A DNA stretch of 58,428 nt from Elusimicrobiota bacterium (GTDB taxonomy: Bacteria; Elusimicrobiota; Elusimicrobia; UBA1565; JACRDR01). The stretch covers positions 1 through 58,428 of the forward strand of contig JACQPK010000267.1 of NCBI GenBank assembly GCA_016207565.1, given 5' to 3'. Positions 1 to 9,292 of this stretch are shown piece after piece. The notes beneath the pieces were generated by a model. It was not told where the DNA came from and did no database searches. It worked only from the letters and a program-made list of their open reading frames with translations. The translations under genes and the position numbers were made by a program. The first letter of the stretch is position 1, and the number at the start of each line of letters is the position of its first letter.

Positions 1-1
1 C

Positions 2-193
2 GCCGACACCGTTCAAGACGAGCATGACGACAACGGCGACGATGGCGACAGCGACTACGGTGCGGTCGAAGCCGAGGCTCCACCGCCGGCCGAGGATGGC
101 TGCGGAAACTGCATCGAGACCGACGCGATCCCGGAGGGCATGTCCGTCGAGATCGGGGGAGTCGAGTACGTCGGCACCGGAGACTTCCCCTAG
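2..193 (+). CDS. 3' end of a gene cut by the window edge; acidic C-terminus (...HDDNGDDGDSDYGAVEAEAPPPAEDGCGNCIETDAIPEGMSVEIGGVEYVGTGDFP*)
   Basis: Frame 2 is open from the window edge to TAG 191-193. It is absent from the ORF track because there is no in-window start. The composition looks coding. Confidence 0.35.
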   Translation, partial: ADTVQDEHDDNGDDGDSDYGAVEAEAPPPAEDGCGNCIETDAIPEGMSVEIGGVEYVGTGDFP

Positions 194-221
194 GCCGGGC
201 CCCCCCTAGGCCCGTCGAACC

Positions 222-230
222 TGCTATCAT
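222..230 (+). promoter_or_regulatory. Extended -10 promoter candidate TGCTATCAT for tRNA-Ser
   Basis: TGn + TATCAT ends 9 nt before the mature tRNA 5' end at 240. The identical 9-mer recurs at 36835-36843 before rnhA. Confidence 0.4.
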
Positions 231-239
231 GCAGCGTCT

Positions 240-331
240 GGAGGGGTGCCAGAGCGGTCGAATGGAGCCCGCTTGAAACGGGCCAGGCGCCGAGAGGCGC
301 CTCGGGGGTTCGAATCCCTCCCCCTCCGCCA
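240..331 (+). tRNA. tRNA-Ser (anticodon UGA), class II with long variable arm, encoded CCA
   Basis: Manual fold: acceptor GGAGGGG/CCCCTCC; anticodon stem GCCCG/CGGGC with loop CTTGAAA (anticodon TGA). The variable arm is a 7-bp stem AGGCGCC/GGCGCCT with a GAGA loop. T-loop is TTCGAAT, discriminator G, then CCA at 329-331. Confidence 0.9.
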
Positions 332-342
332 GTTTAGGCCTC

Positions 343-933
343 GTGACCGTTTCCACCGAACTCACCCGACTCGCCGGCGTCTGCGCTCAGCCGCCCGTGA
401 CGTTCAGGACGCTCGTGGCGCCGATGACGGCGCGCGAGCACGCCGTGCTGACGTTGTTTCTGGGCGTCTGCTTCATGCATCCGGTGCCCATGCCGGGCCT
501 GTCGTTCATCCTCGGCGTCATCATCTCGATCGCGGGGGCGCGGATCGCCCGCGGGCTCGGGCCGTGGGTGCCCGAGCGCTGGCTCGACCGGGAGCTGCCG
601 GGAGGCGTGCTGGCTCAGGTGCTCGAGAAGGCGGCGGCGCTCGCCAGGCGAGTCGAGCCGAAGAGCGCGCGACCCTCGGCGTGGATGGACGGCGCGGCCA
701 TCCGGCTCGTCGTCGGGGCCTCGATCTCGATCTGCGGGGTGCTGATCTGCACGCCCTTTCCCCCGCCGACGAACTTCCCGCCCGCGATCGCGCTGATCCT
801 GCTCTCGGTGGCGACGATCCTTCAGCGGCCGGGCTGGCTCGCGGCCGGGCTGATCGCCCTCGCCGCCAACCTCTGCCTCTTCGGCGCGCTGACGGCCGGC
901 GCGGCCGTGGCGGCTCTCGCCGTGCTCAGATGA
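343..933 (+). CDS. ExoD-like (exopolysaccharide synthesis family) integral membrane protein
   Basis: 196-aa ORF with a GTG start. It has several hydrophobic segments and an HPVPMPGLSFILGVIISIAG...LP pattern typical of the ExoD family. Confidence 0.55.
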   Translation: MTVSTELTRLAGVCAQPPVTFRTLVAPMTAREHAVLTLFLGVCFMHPVPMPGLSFILGVIISIAGARIARGLGPWVPERWLDRELPGGVLAQVLEKAAALARRVEPKSARPSAWMDGAAIRLVVGASISICGVLICTPFPPPTNFPPAIALILLSVATILQRPGWLAAGLIALAANLCLFGALTAGAAVAALAVLR

Positions 934-1426
934 TCACGCTCGTCGCTCCCTCTTCGATCTCCGGCTCGACCGGCGAGAACTCGTCGAGGGCGAACGCGGG
1001 CTCGGAGCCCACGCAGCCGATGAAGCTCACGAAGAACCAGGCCGGCTCGCCCGGCTTGAGCTCCTTATCCATCGCGTCGAGGGCGTCCCCCGTCGTGGCG
1101 ACCCACGCGGCGTCGCTCCCCCGGCCGAGCTTGAGCTCCTTCGTGAAGCGCGCGGCCTGATCTTCGGCGTTGAGCTTGGCCGTCCAGCGCTTCAGCAGCC
1201 TTTCCCTCGGCTTCGGGAGCGGCCTAGACACCGGGCGGTAATCGATCCGCAGGGAGAACAGCACGTCCTTGACGTCGACGCCGTCGGCGCCGGGCTTGCA
1301 CGGATGCTTCTTGACGACGGCCGCGGGCGTCGACTCCGGATAGCGCTCCGGATCGAAACCGGGGTCCTCGGCGGCGGCGGAGAGGCCCGCGGCCAAGACG
1401 AGGAAAAGGACGGCCCGGAGGATCAC
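926..1426 (-). CDS. Secreted hypothetical protein
   Basis: 166-aa ORF with N-terminal signal peptide ILRAVLFLVLAAGLSAAA. Non-repetitive composition. The start codon (GTG) is uncertain. Confidence 0.5.
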   Translation of the reverse strand: MILRAVLFLVLAAGLSAAAEDPGFDPERYPESTPAAVVKKHPCKPGADGVDVKDVLFSLRIDYRPVSRPLPKPRERLLKRWTAKLNAEDQAARFTKELKLGRGSDAAWVATTGDALDAMDKELKPGEPAWFFVSFIGCVGSEPAFALDEFSPVEPEIEEGATSVII

Positions 1427-1470
1427 CTCCTAATAGATAGCCGGAGAGCGCCCTCCGCGCAACCGGGTTT

Positions 1471-1479
1471 TGCTAACCT
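1471..1479 (+). promoter_or_regulatory. Extended -10 candidate TGCTAACCT, 7 nt before ATG 1487
   Basis: TGnTAnnnT geometry with no Shine-Dalgarno before 1487. Confidence 0.35.
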
Positions 1480-1486
1480 GTCGTAG

Positions 1487-2668
1487 ATGAGCGGCGTCCT
1501 GGCCGAAGCACCTCGCACCGTCTCGCCCGACCTCGTCTGCACGGGTTCCCCGTGGGAGCTGGGCTTCGTCCAGGGAAAGGCGCTGGCCGGCCGGATCCAC
1601 GCGACGCGGGGCGACCTGTCGAAGCTCGAGCTCTTCCGGCTGCGCCAGCCCTGGTTCCTCCCGTTTTCGGCCTACCGCGTCGTCGCCGAGCGCAAGGCCC
1701 GCGGGCTGCTCGAGCTCCCGCTGCGCCGAGAGCACCCTAGGGGCGCCGAGCGCCTCTCCGGCATCGCGGCCGGCGCGGGGCTCAGGCTCGACTCGGTCCT
1801 GCTCCTCAACGCCTTCGAGTCGTTCATGTCCGCGGCGCGCGAGCGCTGCACGCTGCCGTCGCCCGCCGCCTGCTCCGCGATCGCCCTTCGGGGGGCAAGG
1901 ACGGCGACGGGGGAGCCCGTCCTGACCCGTCTCTTCGACTACATTCCCGTCGCGCAGCCCTACTTCCTCGTCCGCGAGACCCGCCCGGAGGGGCGCTTGC
2001 GCTCGCTCGACTTCACCGTCGCGCCCCTCGCCGGCGCCATCGACGGGATCAACGAGAAAGGCCTCGCGATCACCTACAACTACGCGTACACGCAAGACGA
2101 GGCGAAGCCCACCGGGCCGATTTCGCTGGCGATCTCCGAGGCGCTCGAGCGCTGCGCGACCGTCGAGGAAGCGGCGCGCGTCATCGGCGACAAGCCCCGC
2201 TGGGGCGGCGGGCTGCTCATGCTCGCCGACGCCGACGGGGACATCGCCTCGCTCGAGCTCTCCTCCACGGCATCGCGGCTGCGCCGCCCGGCGGAGGGCG
2301 GCGACTGGGTCTGGCACACCAACGCGTTCCACACGACGGAGATGCGGGCCGTCGAGCTGCCGCCCGGGGCCGTCTTCGACCGGCGCGCGCCGCGCGCCCT
2401 GCGCGGACGCCGGGTGCACGACTCCGCCGAGCGCCGGGGCGCCCGTCTCGCCGAGCTCTTCGCGGGCGACGACCGGCTGTCCGCCGACGAGATCGTCTCC
2501 CGGCTGGCCGATCACGGCGACGACGACAAGCCGGCCGACACGACGGTCTGCGTGCACGGGAGCTTCTGGCACACGACCGCGGTCCTCCAGTATTTCCCAC
2601 GCTCTCGCCGGATGAGGGCGTCCTTCACGACCGCCTGCCGGGCGTCGTTTAGGGAGCTGGCGCTCTAG
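1487..2668 (+). CDS. Peptidase C45 / acyl-CoA:6-aminopenicillanic acid acyltransferase family protein
   Basis: 393 aa. Has a CSAIA nucleophile-type Cys context, a GINEKGLAI motif and the overall family layout. Confidence 0.7.
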   Translation: MSGVLAEAPRTVSPDLVCTGSPWELGFVQGKALAGRIHATRGDLSKLELFRLRQPWFLPFSAYRVVAERKARGLLELPLRREHPRGAERLSGIAAGAGLRLDSVLLLNAFESFMSAARERCTLPSPAACSAIALRGARTATGEPVLTRLFDYIPVAQPYFLVRETRPEGRLRSLDFTVAPLAGAIDGINEKGLAITYNYAYTQDEAKPTGPISLAISEALERCATVEEAARVIGDKPRWGGGLLMLADADGDIASLELSSTASRLRRPAEGGDWVWHTNAFHTTEMRAVELPPGAVFDRRAPRALRGRRVHDSAERRGARLAELFAGDDRLSADEIVSRLADHGDDDKPADTTVCVHGSFWHTTAVLQYFPRSRRMRASFTTACRASFRELAL

Positions 2669-3873
2669 GCGGCGGGTCGATGGCCGCCCCGCTCCGACGG
2701 CATTGTATCCATTCCTCTGGAAATCAGCGTCCAGTAAGCCTGGTACGCGAAGACCTGCTTGCGCTGCTTGCCGGTGATCTCTTTGACGATGCCGAGTTTC
2801 TGCAGGCGAACCATCGCCTGCATCACGGTCGGCAGGCTCAGGCCGAGTTCCTCCTGCGCAATCGCCAGCGACACGAGGCATTTCTTCTCAAGCACTCCAT
2901 GAAGCTTGATGGCGGAAGCTGAAGCCTTCCCGAGCGTCTCGATCTTGCGCCGGTCAGCCGCGAAGGTCTTGATGGCTCTTTCGGCCGTCTCCGCCGACCC
3001 CTTGGCAACCTCTTCGACGCCGGCGAGATAGAAGGCGAGCCATTCTTCCCACGCCCCGCGAAGGCGGACGCTCATGAGCGCCTCGTAATAGTCCATGCGC
3101 CGTTGCTTGAAGTAGAGGCTCAAGTAGAGCAGGGGATATGCCAGAGCCCCCTCCGCGTAAAGGATGAGCGGGATCAGCAGACGGCCGACGCGGCCGTTGC
3201 CGTCCAAGAATGGATGGATGCTCTCGAATTGGGCGTGAACGAGACCGGTCTTCATCAGCGTGGGCGTTTGGATCGGGTCGCCGTGGATGAACTTCTCGAG
3301 CGCGCCCATCGCCGGCAACACCTCATGCGGCGGCGGCGGGACGTAGACCGCGTTACCGGGCCTCGTCCCACCGATCCAGTTCTGCGAGGTCCTGAATTCG
3401 CCGGGACTCTTGTCCTCGCCGCGAGTCCCTCTCACGAGCACCTCGTGGACTTCGCGGATTAGGCGCAGGCTCATGGGAAAGCCGTCCCGGAGCCGGCGAA
3501 GGCCGTGCTCGAGAGCCGCGACGTAGTTTGAGACCTCCTTCACGTCGGAGGCCGGAACGCCCGGCGCCTGCTTGGTTTCGTAGAGCAACAAGTCGGAAAG
3601 GGAGGACTGCGTTCCCTCGATCTGAGACGAGAGCACGGCTTCCTTCCGGACGTAGGCGTAGAGGATAAGCTGCGGTCCCGGAAGGGCCGCCGCCATGCCG
3701 TCGAGGCGCGCGACGGCCTTCGTCGCACGGTCTTGGACGATGAGCAGCTTCTCCGACAGATCTAACGGGGGATTCGGAGGCAACGGCTTCGGGAGGAAGC
3801 ACTTGTAGGGTTCCGGTCCCGGCTGCCGCTCCCAACGACCCGAGCGGCTGGACCCTTTAGTCGGCTCCGCCAT
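2665..3873 (-). CDS. Fic family protein (class II, intramolecular inhibitory motif)
   Basis: Canonical Fic motif HPFLDGNGRVGRLL. N-terminal inhibitory-type motif SSQIEG matching (S/T)xxxE(G/N). C-terminal winged-helix-like tail. Confidence 0.9.
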   Translation of the reverse strand: MAEPTKGSSRSGRWERQPGPEPYKCFLPKPLPPNPPLDLSEKLLIVQDRATKAVARLDGMAAALPGPQLILYAYVRKEAVLSSQIEGTQSSLSDLLLYETKQAPGVPASDVKEVSNYVAALEHGLRRLRDGFPMSLRLIREVHEVLVRGTRGEDKSPGEFRTSQNWIGGTRPGNAVYVPPPPHEVLPAMGALEKFIHGDPIQTPTLMKTGLVHAQFESIHPFLDGNGRVGRLLIPLILYAEGALAYPLLYLSLYFKQRRMDYYEALMSVRLRGAWEEWLAFYLAGVEEVAKGSAETAERAIKTFAADRRKIETLGKASASAIKLHGVLEKKCLVSLAIAQEELGLSLPTVMQAMVRLQKLGIVKEITGKQRKQVFAYQAYWTLISRGMDTMPSERGGHRPAA

Positions 3874-3879
3874 AATTAA

Positions 3880-3908
3880 ATGATAGCTGGCTACCCTTAA
3901 GTTAGCAA
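3880..3908 (-). promoter_or_regulatory. Promoter candidate for fic: TTGCTA-17-TATCAT, then 6 nt, then ATG (leaderless geometry)
   Basis: Read on the minus strand: -35 at 3908-3903, -10 at 3885-3880, ATG at 3873-3871. The surrounding intergenic region is AT-rich. Confidence 0.45.
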
Positions 3909-3959
3909 GACCCTAATTAATGCCCGCGGAGCCTCGCGCGCATTGGGTTTGCCTCCGCC

Positions 3960-3987
3960 TTGACTTTCCGCCCCCCAGGGCTATCCT
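3960..3987 (+). promoter_or_regulatory. Promoter candidate TTGACT-16-TATCCT, 8 nt before ATG 3996
   Basis: Near-consensus -35 and a TAnnnT -10. Predicted +1 is about 3994. Confidence 0.4.
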
Positions 3988-3995
3988 AGGGTAGG

Positions 3996-5111
3996 ATGCC
4001 GTCCCATCAGCGCACGGCGGCGATACTGTTCCTAGCCGCCTTGCTCGTCGGCGGCGCAGCCGTCGTCGGCCTGCGATCTCGCTGGTCCGGAAGCTCGCCC
4101 TCCCGGCGCCTCAAGACCGCAAACCCCTCCGCCCGCCCCGGCGCCCTCGCGCCCGCCCCGCTCGACGAGGAAGAAGAACGATCGGGCCTCGAGCTGGTCT
4201 CGGGGTCCGGCATCCGCTTCGGCGGGCCGGCCCGGTACGGCTCGTCGGCTTCAGGCATCGCGACGGTCGACGCGGGGGGCGGCCCCTCAGGGATCGCGTC
4301 CCGGCTGCGCGAGGCGCTCGAGCTCGGGCCGATGGAAGGGCTCGGCGAGCCGGAATACGACCCCTCGGCGGCGACCGAGGCGCCGGCGGAGCCCTCGGCC
4401 GAGGCGGCGACGGACGAGAAGGGAAGACGCGGTCCCAATTCGCGAGATCACGGCTCCGCCTCGGCGGGCCGTTCGGGCACGTCTGCCGCCGGAGAGACGG
4501 CCGGTCCCATGGGCACCGCCGGCACGCCGGCGGAACCGTCGCCGGCCGGCATGCTCCTCTCGATGTTCAAGCCGGCGGACCGGACCCGGCTGTTGACCCA
4601 TCTCGAGGGGGGCAAGGGCTTCGTCTCCGCGTGCAAGGCCAGCGGCCTCGCCGCGCAGTGCATGTCGGCCGGGCAGGCGTGCACCCGCCAGGCCGCGTGC
4701 GGCCGCTGGCTCAACGGCCAGCTCACTGCGCACGCGCGCGCCAAAGCGGGCGACGCGGAACTCGCCGGAGGCGACCAGGTGGGCGGCGTGGGGGCCCAGG
4801 TGGGCGGATTCGCCTCCGGATACGGCGCCGGCGAAACGAACGCCGCCGGCCGGGAAAAGGGGCTCGGCTCCGGCGGCGGACGCGGTTCGGGCGCGGCGCG
4901 ATCGGCCGTGAAGACGGCGAAAAAGGACGACACGCCCGAGGAAGCCCTGACGCCCTCGCCCCGCCCCACCCCGACGCCGACCCGCATCACGATCCGGCTG
5001 CCGTTCGGCGGGACCCTGACGATCCCGACGTTCACGCCCACGCCGACCCCGCGGCCGGCCCCCATCACCACCCCCGTCGAAAAGGGGAATCCGAAGTACT
5101 TTCTGAAGTAA
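3996..5111 (+). CDS. Membrane-anchored low-complexity protein with C-x8-C-x6-C-x5-C motif and Pro/Thr-rich tail
   Basis: 371 aa. N-terminal TM segment AAILFLAALLVGGAAVVGL. Cys motif CKASGLAAQCMSAGQACTRQAAC is encoded at 4632-4700. It is the first gene of a long + strand operon. Confidence 0.6.
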   Translation: MPSHQRTAAILFLAALLVGGAAVVGLRSRWSGSSPSRRLKTANPSARPGALAPAPLDEEEERSGLELVSGSGIRFGGPARYGSSASGIATVDAGGGPSGIASRLREALELGPMEGLGEPEYDPSAATEAPAEPSAEAATDEKGRRGPNSRDHGSASAGRSGTSAAGETAGPMGTAGTPAEPSPAGMLLSMFKPADRTRLLTHLEGGKGFVSACKASGLAAQCMSAGQACTRQAACGRWLNGQLTAHARAKAGDAELAGGDQVGGVGAQVGGFASGYGAGETNAAGREKGLGSGGGRGSGAARSAVKTAKKDDTPEEALTPSPRPTPTPTRITIRLPFGGTLTIPTFTPTPTPRPAPITTPVEKGNPKYFLK

Positions 5112-5129
5112 TTTGTCATAATTCGTCGG

Positions 5130-6692
5130 ATGGCCCAGAGGCCCGAGAGCCTCGAGCTCCTGCTCGAGGTGTCGCTGCTTTTGTCCTCGAAGCTCGACGT
5201 TTCCGAGCTGCTGGAGACCATCATGCAGCTCTCCTCCCGCGTCGTCAACGCGGAGACCGCCAGCCTCCTCCTCGTCGATCCGAAGACCAACGAGCTCTAC
5301 TTCGACGTCGCGCTCGGCCTGGCCCCGGAGCTGACCAAGATCCGCCTTCCGATGGGCAAAGGCATCGCGGGCGCGTGCGCGCTCGAAGGCAAAACGCTGG
5401 TCATCAACGACGTCGCCTCGGACCCCCGCTGGAGCTCGACGATGGACAAGCAGTCGGGCTTCAAGACCCGCTCCATCCTCGCGGCCCCGATGAAGTTCGC
5501 GGGCCGCACGATCGGCGTGGTGGAGGCGATCAACCACATCGGCGGCGGCTTCTCGCCGGAGGACATCCGCATCTTCGAGGCCTTCGCCTCCCAGGCGGCC
5601 GTCGCCGTCGAGAACGCGCGCCTGTTCGCCTCCGTCCAAGAGGAGAAGACGCGCCTCGACACCGTCTTCACCCAGATGACCGACGGGGCCCTCTTGACCG
5701 ACGAGGCGGGCCGGGTCACGCTCGCCAACGGGGCGGCGGTACGCCATCTCGGCGGGCGGCTCGAGGCGGGCGCGGAGCTCGAGGTCGTGTTCGAGGGCCT
5801 CGACTTCAATCCTCCCGTGCGGGAGCTGCTGACGTCGCCCGAGGTGCACGCGTCGTTCGAGGCCGTGCGCGAGCTCCCCAAGCCCCTCGTCGTGGCGGGC
5901 ACCGCGAGCATCGTCCGCTTCGAGCGCATCGGCCGCACGCCGCCCTCGATGGGACGGCTCTTCATCTTCCGGGACGTCACCGCCCAGCGCCACGAGGACG
6001 CGCTCAAGCGGAGCTTCCTGTCGCTCATCTCCCACAAGCTCAAGACGCCGCTGGCCTCGATCACCGGCTACTCGCAGCTCCTGATGGACGACCTCTCCGC
6101 GAACACCGCGCCCCAGATGATGGAGCGCTCCGTGCGGGCGATCCTCACCCAAGGCAATAAGCTCGCGTCCTTGGTCGAGAAGCTCCTCAACTTCACCACG
6201 CTGGAGGACCTCAAGGAGCGCGACGTCGAGCGCGGCTGCGTCCCGGTCGACGGCGTGCTGGCCGACGCCACCGAAGCTCTCAAGGGCTGGATGGACGAGA
6301 AGAAGGCCGCGCTCACGGTCAACTCCGCCCCCGGGCTGTCGGTCTCGGGCGACCGGCTGCTCCTGCGCGACGTCTTCAAGAACCTGATCGAGAACGGCGT
6401 GAAGTTCTCCGAGACGGGGCGCCCCGTCGAGGTATGGGCCGAGGCGGTCGGACCGGAGGTGGCCGTCCACGTCCGCGACCAGGGCCCCGGCATCCCCCCC
6501 GAGGAGCAGGCGAAGGTCTTCGACAAGTTCTACCAGATCGAGGCGAGCTTCACCGGCCAGGTCGACGGCTGGGGCCTCGGCCTGCCGTTCGTGAAGAAGG
6601 TCGTCGAGACGCACGGCGGCCGCGTGCGGCTCGAGAGCTCGCTCGGCAAGGGCACGACCGTGACGTTGTTCTTGCCCTCGGCGGCGCCATGA
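5130..6692 (+). CDS. GAF domain-containing sensor histidine kinase
   Basis: N-terminal GAF-like region. H-box FLSLISHKLKTPLASITGYSQLL. HATPase C-terminus GWGLGLPFVKKVVETHGGRVRLESSLGKGTTVTLFLP. Confidence 0.9.
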   Translation: MAQRPESLELLLEVSLLLSSKLDVSELLETIMQLSSRVVNAETASLLLVDPKTNELYFDVALGLAPELTKIRLPMGKGIAGACALEGKTLVINDVASDPRWSSTMDKQSGFKTRSILAAPMKFAGRTIGVVEAINHIGGGFSPEDIRIFEAFASQAAVAVENARLFASVQEEKTRLDTVFTQMTDGALLTDEAGRVTLANGAAVRHLGGRLEAGAELEVVFEGLDFNPPVRELLTSPEVHASFEAVRELPKPLVVAGTASIVRFERIGRTPPSMGRLFIFRDVTAQRHEDALKRSFLSLISHKLKTPLASITGYSQLLMDDLSANTAPQMMERSVRAILTQGNKLASLVEKLLNFTTLEDLKERDVERGCVPVDGVLADATEALKGWMDEKKAALTVNSAPGLSVSGDRLLLRDVFKNLIENGVKFSETGRPVEVWAEAVGPEVAVHVRDQGPGIPPEEQAKVFDKFYQIEASFTGQVDGWGLGLPFVKKVVETHGGRVRLESSLGKGTTVTLFLPSAAP

Positions 6693-8083
6693 GCAAGCTC
6701 TCGGCGGTGAAACCCGAGGACTGGGCGCCCGTCCTGGCATTCGAGGAGTACGCGGAGGCCTATCTCGAGGAGTCGTGGGGAGCGAGCCTCCACTTCGAGG
6801 ACTCCCGTACGGAGGAGATTGCCTCCGGCGCCGACGTGGGCGCCGGGCTGCGCTACCTGCGGCGCTCCGAAGGTCCGTCCGGCTTCGAGACGCGGCACGG
6901 AAGCCTCAACGCGATCGACCCCGCCGCCGCGATGGCGCTCGCGCGCCGGCTCGCGGGCTCATCCTTGAACGGACGCTCGAAGGGCCTATCGGCCCTGACG
7001 CGCTGCGCTCAGCCGGTCACGATCCGCCCGGAGGACATCGGCCTCGAGCGCAAGATCGAGCTCCTCGTCTCCGTCGACCGCGCGCTGCGCGAGGAGTTCC
7101 CCCTCCTCCGGCAGGTCAGCCTGACCTACGCGGAGCGCCGCAAGGCGTTCATGGTGCTCAATTCCGAAGGGCACGCCCGCTACGAGGAGCGCGTCGCGAC
7201 GCTCTTCGTCGCCGACGTCACGGCCGAGCGAGACGGCATCCTCCAGACGGGGCACGAGGTGGTGGGCGGGGCCAAGGGCTTCGAGCTCCTCCTCGAGCAC
7301 GATCCGCTGCGCCTCGCGCGCGGCGCCGCGGCGCGAGCGGTCGCCAAGCTTTCCGCGCCTCCCGCCAAAGCCGGCGAGATGCCCGTGGTGCTCGCCGCCT
7401 CCGCGGGCGGGACCTTCGTCCACGAGGCGATCGGCCACTCGCTCGAGGCCGACCACGTCCAGGAGGGCACCTCCCCGGCGTACGTCGGCAAGGTCGGGCA
7501 GGTCGTCGCGCCCGAAAACCTCAGCATCGTCGACGACCCGACGCTGCCTTTCGCGCGCGGCTCCTTCGCGTTCGACGACGAGGGCACCCTCGCGCGTCCG
7601 ACCGCGGTCGTCAAAGACGGCGTCCTGCGGGAGTACCTGTACGACCGCATCACGGCGGCGAAGGACGGCAAGGCGCCCAACGGCCACGGCCGGCGGGAGT
7701 CCTACCGCCACCGGCCGATCCCGCGGATGTCGAACCTCTACATCGCGCCGGGCAAGGACGATCCCGCGCGGATCCTCTCCGAGCTGGACCGCGGGCTCCT
7801 CGTGACGCGCATGGGCGGCGGGCAGGTCAACACCGCGACCGGCGAGTTCGTGTTCGAGGTGGACGAGGGCTTCTGGGTCGAGGGCGGCGTCATCAAGCAC
7901 CAGGTCCGCGACGCCAACCTCTTGGGCATCGGCCCGGAGACGCTCAAGTCCATCGATCGCTTGGGCTGGGACATCGGCTGGGGCATCGGGACCTGCGGCA
8001 AGGACGGACAAGGGGTCCCCGTATCCGACGGACAGCCGACGCTGCGGATCCCCCGAATGCTTGTGGGCGGCAGGCATGATTAG
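6689..8083 (+). CDS. tldD: TldD family metalloprotease
   Basis: HEAIGH zinc motif and a conserved C-terminal GTCGKDGQGVPV region. The start ATG overlaps the kinase stop (ATGA at 6689-6692). Confidence 0.88.
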   Translation: MSKLSAVKPEDWAPVLAFEEYAEAYLEESWGASLHFEDSRTEEIASGADVGAGLRYLRRSEGPSGFETRHGSLNAIDPAAAMALARRLAGSSLNGRSKGLSALTRCAQPVTIRPEDIGLERKIELLVSVDRALREEFPLLRQVSLTYAERRKAFMVLNSEGHARYEERVATLFVADVTAERDGILQTGHEVVGGAKGFELLLEHDPLRLARGAAARAVAKLSAPPAKAGEMPVVLAASAGGTFVHEAIGHSLEADHVQEGTSPAYVGKVGQVVAPENLSIVDDPTLPFARGSFAFDDEGTLARPTAVVKDGVLREYLYDRITAAKDGKAPNGHGRRESYRHRPIPRMSNLYIAPGKDDPARILSELDRGLLVTRMGGGQVNTATGEFVFEVDEGFWVEGGVIKHQVRDANLLGIGPETLKSIDRLGWDIGWGIGTCGKDGQGVPVSDGQPTLRIPRMLVGGRHD

Positions 8084-8546
8084 GATACTATGGGGGCTGG
8101 TCCTGGCGTCGGCCCTCGTCGCGACGGCGGTCGCGATGGGGCGCAAGACGCCGAAGACCAGCCCGGGAAACGAACCCATGGACGCAACGGCCGACGTGAC
8201 TCCCAGCGAGTGGCGGGGCGCCTACAGCGCCGAGAACGCGCCGAGCGCGCGCATCGTCGAGAGCGGAGCCGAGTGGGACCGCCTGTGGCGCGACTCGCTC
8301 AACCAACCCGCGCCGCCGGTGAACTTCTCGCAGTACGTCGCCGCGGCGGTCTTCCTGGGCGCGCAGCCGACCGGCGGCTACGGCGTCGAGTTCTTGCCTC
8401 CCTTGTCGAACGCCCAGGAGCTCGCGCTGCGCTACCGCGTCGTGAAGCCGAAGGGCTTCGTCACCCAGGCCTTCACGCAGCCGTACGCGATCAGGCTCTA
8501 CAAGAAGACCGGCCAGCGGGTGTCCTTGGCGGAGGAGCAGGGGTGA
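8076..8546 (+). CDS. PrcB C-terminal domain-like secreted protein
   Basis: Signal/TM segment MIRILWGLVLASALVATAVA. The EWDRLW...VNFSQYVAAAVFLGAQPTGGYGVEF...TQPYAIRLY pattern resembles the PrcB_C family. An alternative TTG start lies at 8061. Confidence 0.55.
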   Translation: MIRILWGLVLASALVATAVAMGRKTPKTSPGNEPMDATADVTPSEWRGAYSAENAPSARIVESGAEWDRLWRDSLNQPAPPVNFSQYVAAAVFLGAQPTGGYGVEFLPPLSNAQELALRYRVVKPKGFVTQAFTQPYAIRLYKKTGQRVSLAEEQG

Positions 8547-9292
8547 ACCTCGCCGCCGTGCTCCTCCTGGGCTTTGCCGCGGGCGCCTGGGCCCAGGACG
8601 CCGAGCCCGCCCCCGCGCCCGTCCTGGAGGACGTCTCCCTTCCGATGCCTCGCGAGGGACGGGCGGGGTGGGTCAAGGCCAAGTCGTCGTTGCTGCTCTA
8701 CGACTCGTCGGGGACGCTCGTCAACGAGGTCGGGCTCGGCCACTGGGAGGAGCTCGGCTCCGGCGGCACCGCGCAGCGCAAGATCGTCCGCGGCGACGTC
8801 TCGGACGACGGCCGCTTCGCCTGGGCCTGGGAGCGCGTCGACACGGTGAAGGTCGGCCGCACCGAGAAGCCCCTGACGACCGCCCGCCTCCTGCGCTACT
8901 TCGGCACCGAGGGCCAAGAGCTCTTCCGCAACGAGCTCGCGGACGCCCCGCGAGGCCTCGATCCCGTCTCGCTCTCGAAGGACGGCGAGTGGCTGCTCCT
9001 CACCGAGCGGGGTCCCGACGCCTGGATCGTCGCGGCCTACGACTTCATGGGCAACCGCCTCGTCGACGCGCACGGCAAGGGCGCGGTCGAGTTCGCGCAG
9101 CTCGCGCCCAACGGCCAGTACGCGCTGGTCCGCTGGCACCAGCTCGACCTGCCGCCCGAGTATACGCTCCTCAAGATCGGCGACCGCGCCTCCACCGGCG
9201 TGCCGTCGCTCAAGGGCGTCGGCGTGGCCCCGAAGGTCACCGACGACGGCCGGGTCGTCGTCGGCGCGAAGGTCGTCTACCCGGAGAAATGA
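8543..9292 (+). CDS. Secreted hypothetical protein with SxDG-type beta-propeller-like repeats
   Basis: The GTG start overlaps the previous stop (GTGA). Signal peptide VNLAAVLLLGFAAGAWAQ. The upstream part of the 400-aa ORF is Arg/Gly-rich junk overlapping the previous gene. Confidence 0.6.
   Translation: MNLAAVLLLGFAAGAWAQDAEPAPAPVLEDVSLPMPREGRAGWVKAKSSLLLYDSSGTLVNEVGLGHWEELGSGGTAQRKIVRGDVSDDGRFAWAWERVDTVKVGRTEKPLTTARLLRYFGTEGQELFRNELADAPRGLDPVSLSKDGEWLLLTERGPDAWIVAAYDFMGNRLVDAHGKGAVEFAQLAPNGQYALVRWHQLDLPPEYTLLKIGDRASTGVPSLKGVGVAPKVTDDGRVVVGAKVVYPEK

Noticed and set aside
240-3995. A possible integrated island at tRNA-Ser, given the Fic gene and AT-rich patch nearby.
   Set aside because: No integrase or recombinase gene is in the window. 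I saw no direct repeat of the tRNA 3' end, and the intervening genes look compositionally ordinary.
4287-6740. An 817-aa minus-strand ORF, plus similar very long ORFs such as 1430-2881 (-), 22256-24067 (-), 38305-40920 (+), 47558-50938 (+) and 56251-58329 (-).
   Set aside because: They run antisense or out of frame to genes with clear family motifs. Their translations are monotonous Arg/Gly/Ala/Pro/Asp strings, which is typical of stop-codon-poor GC-rich DNA.
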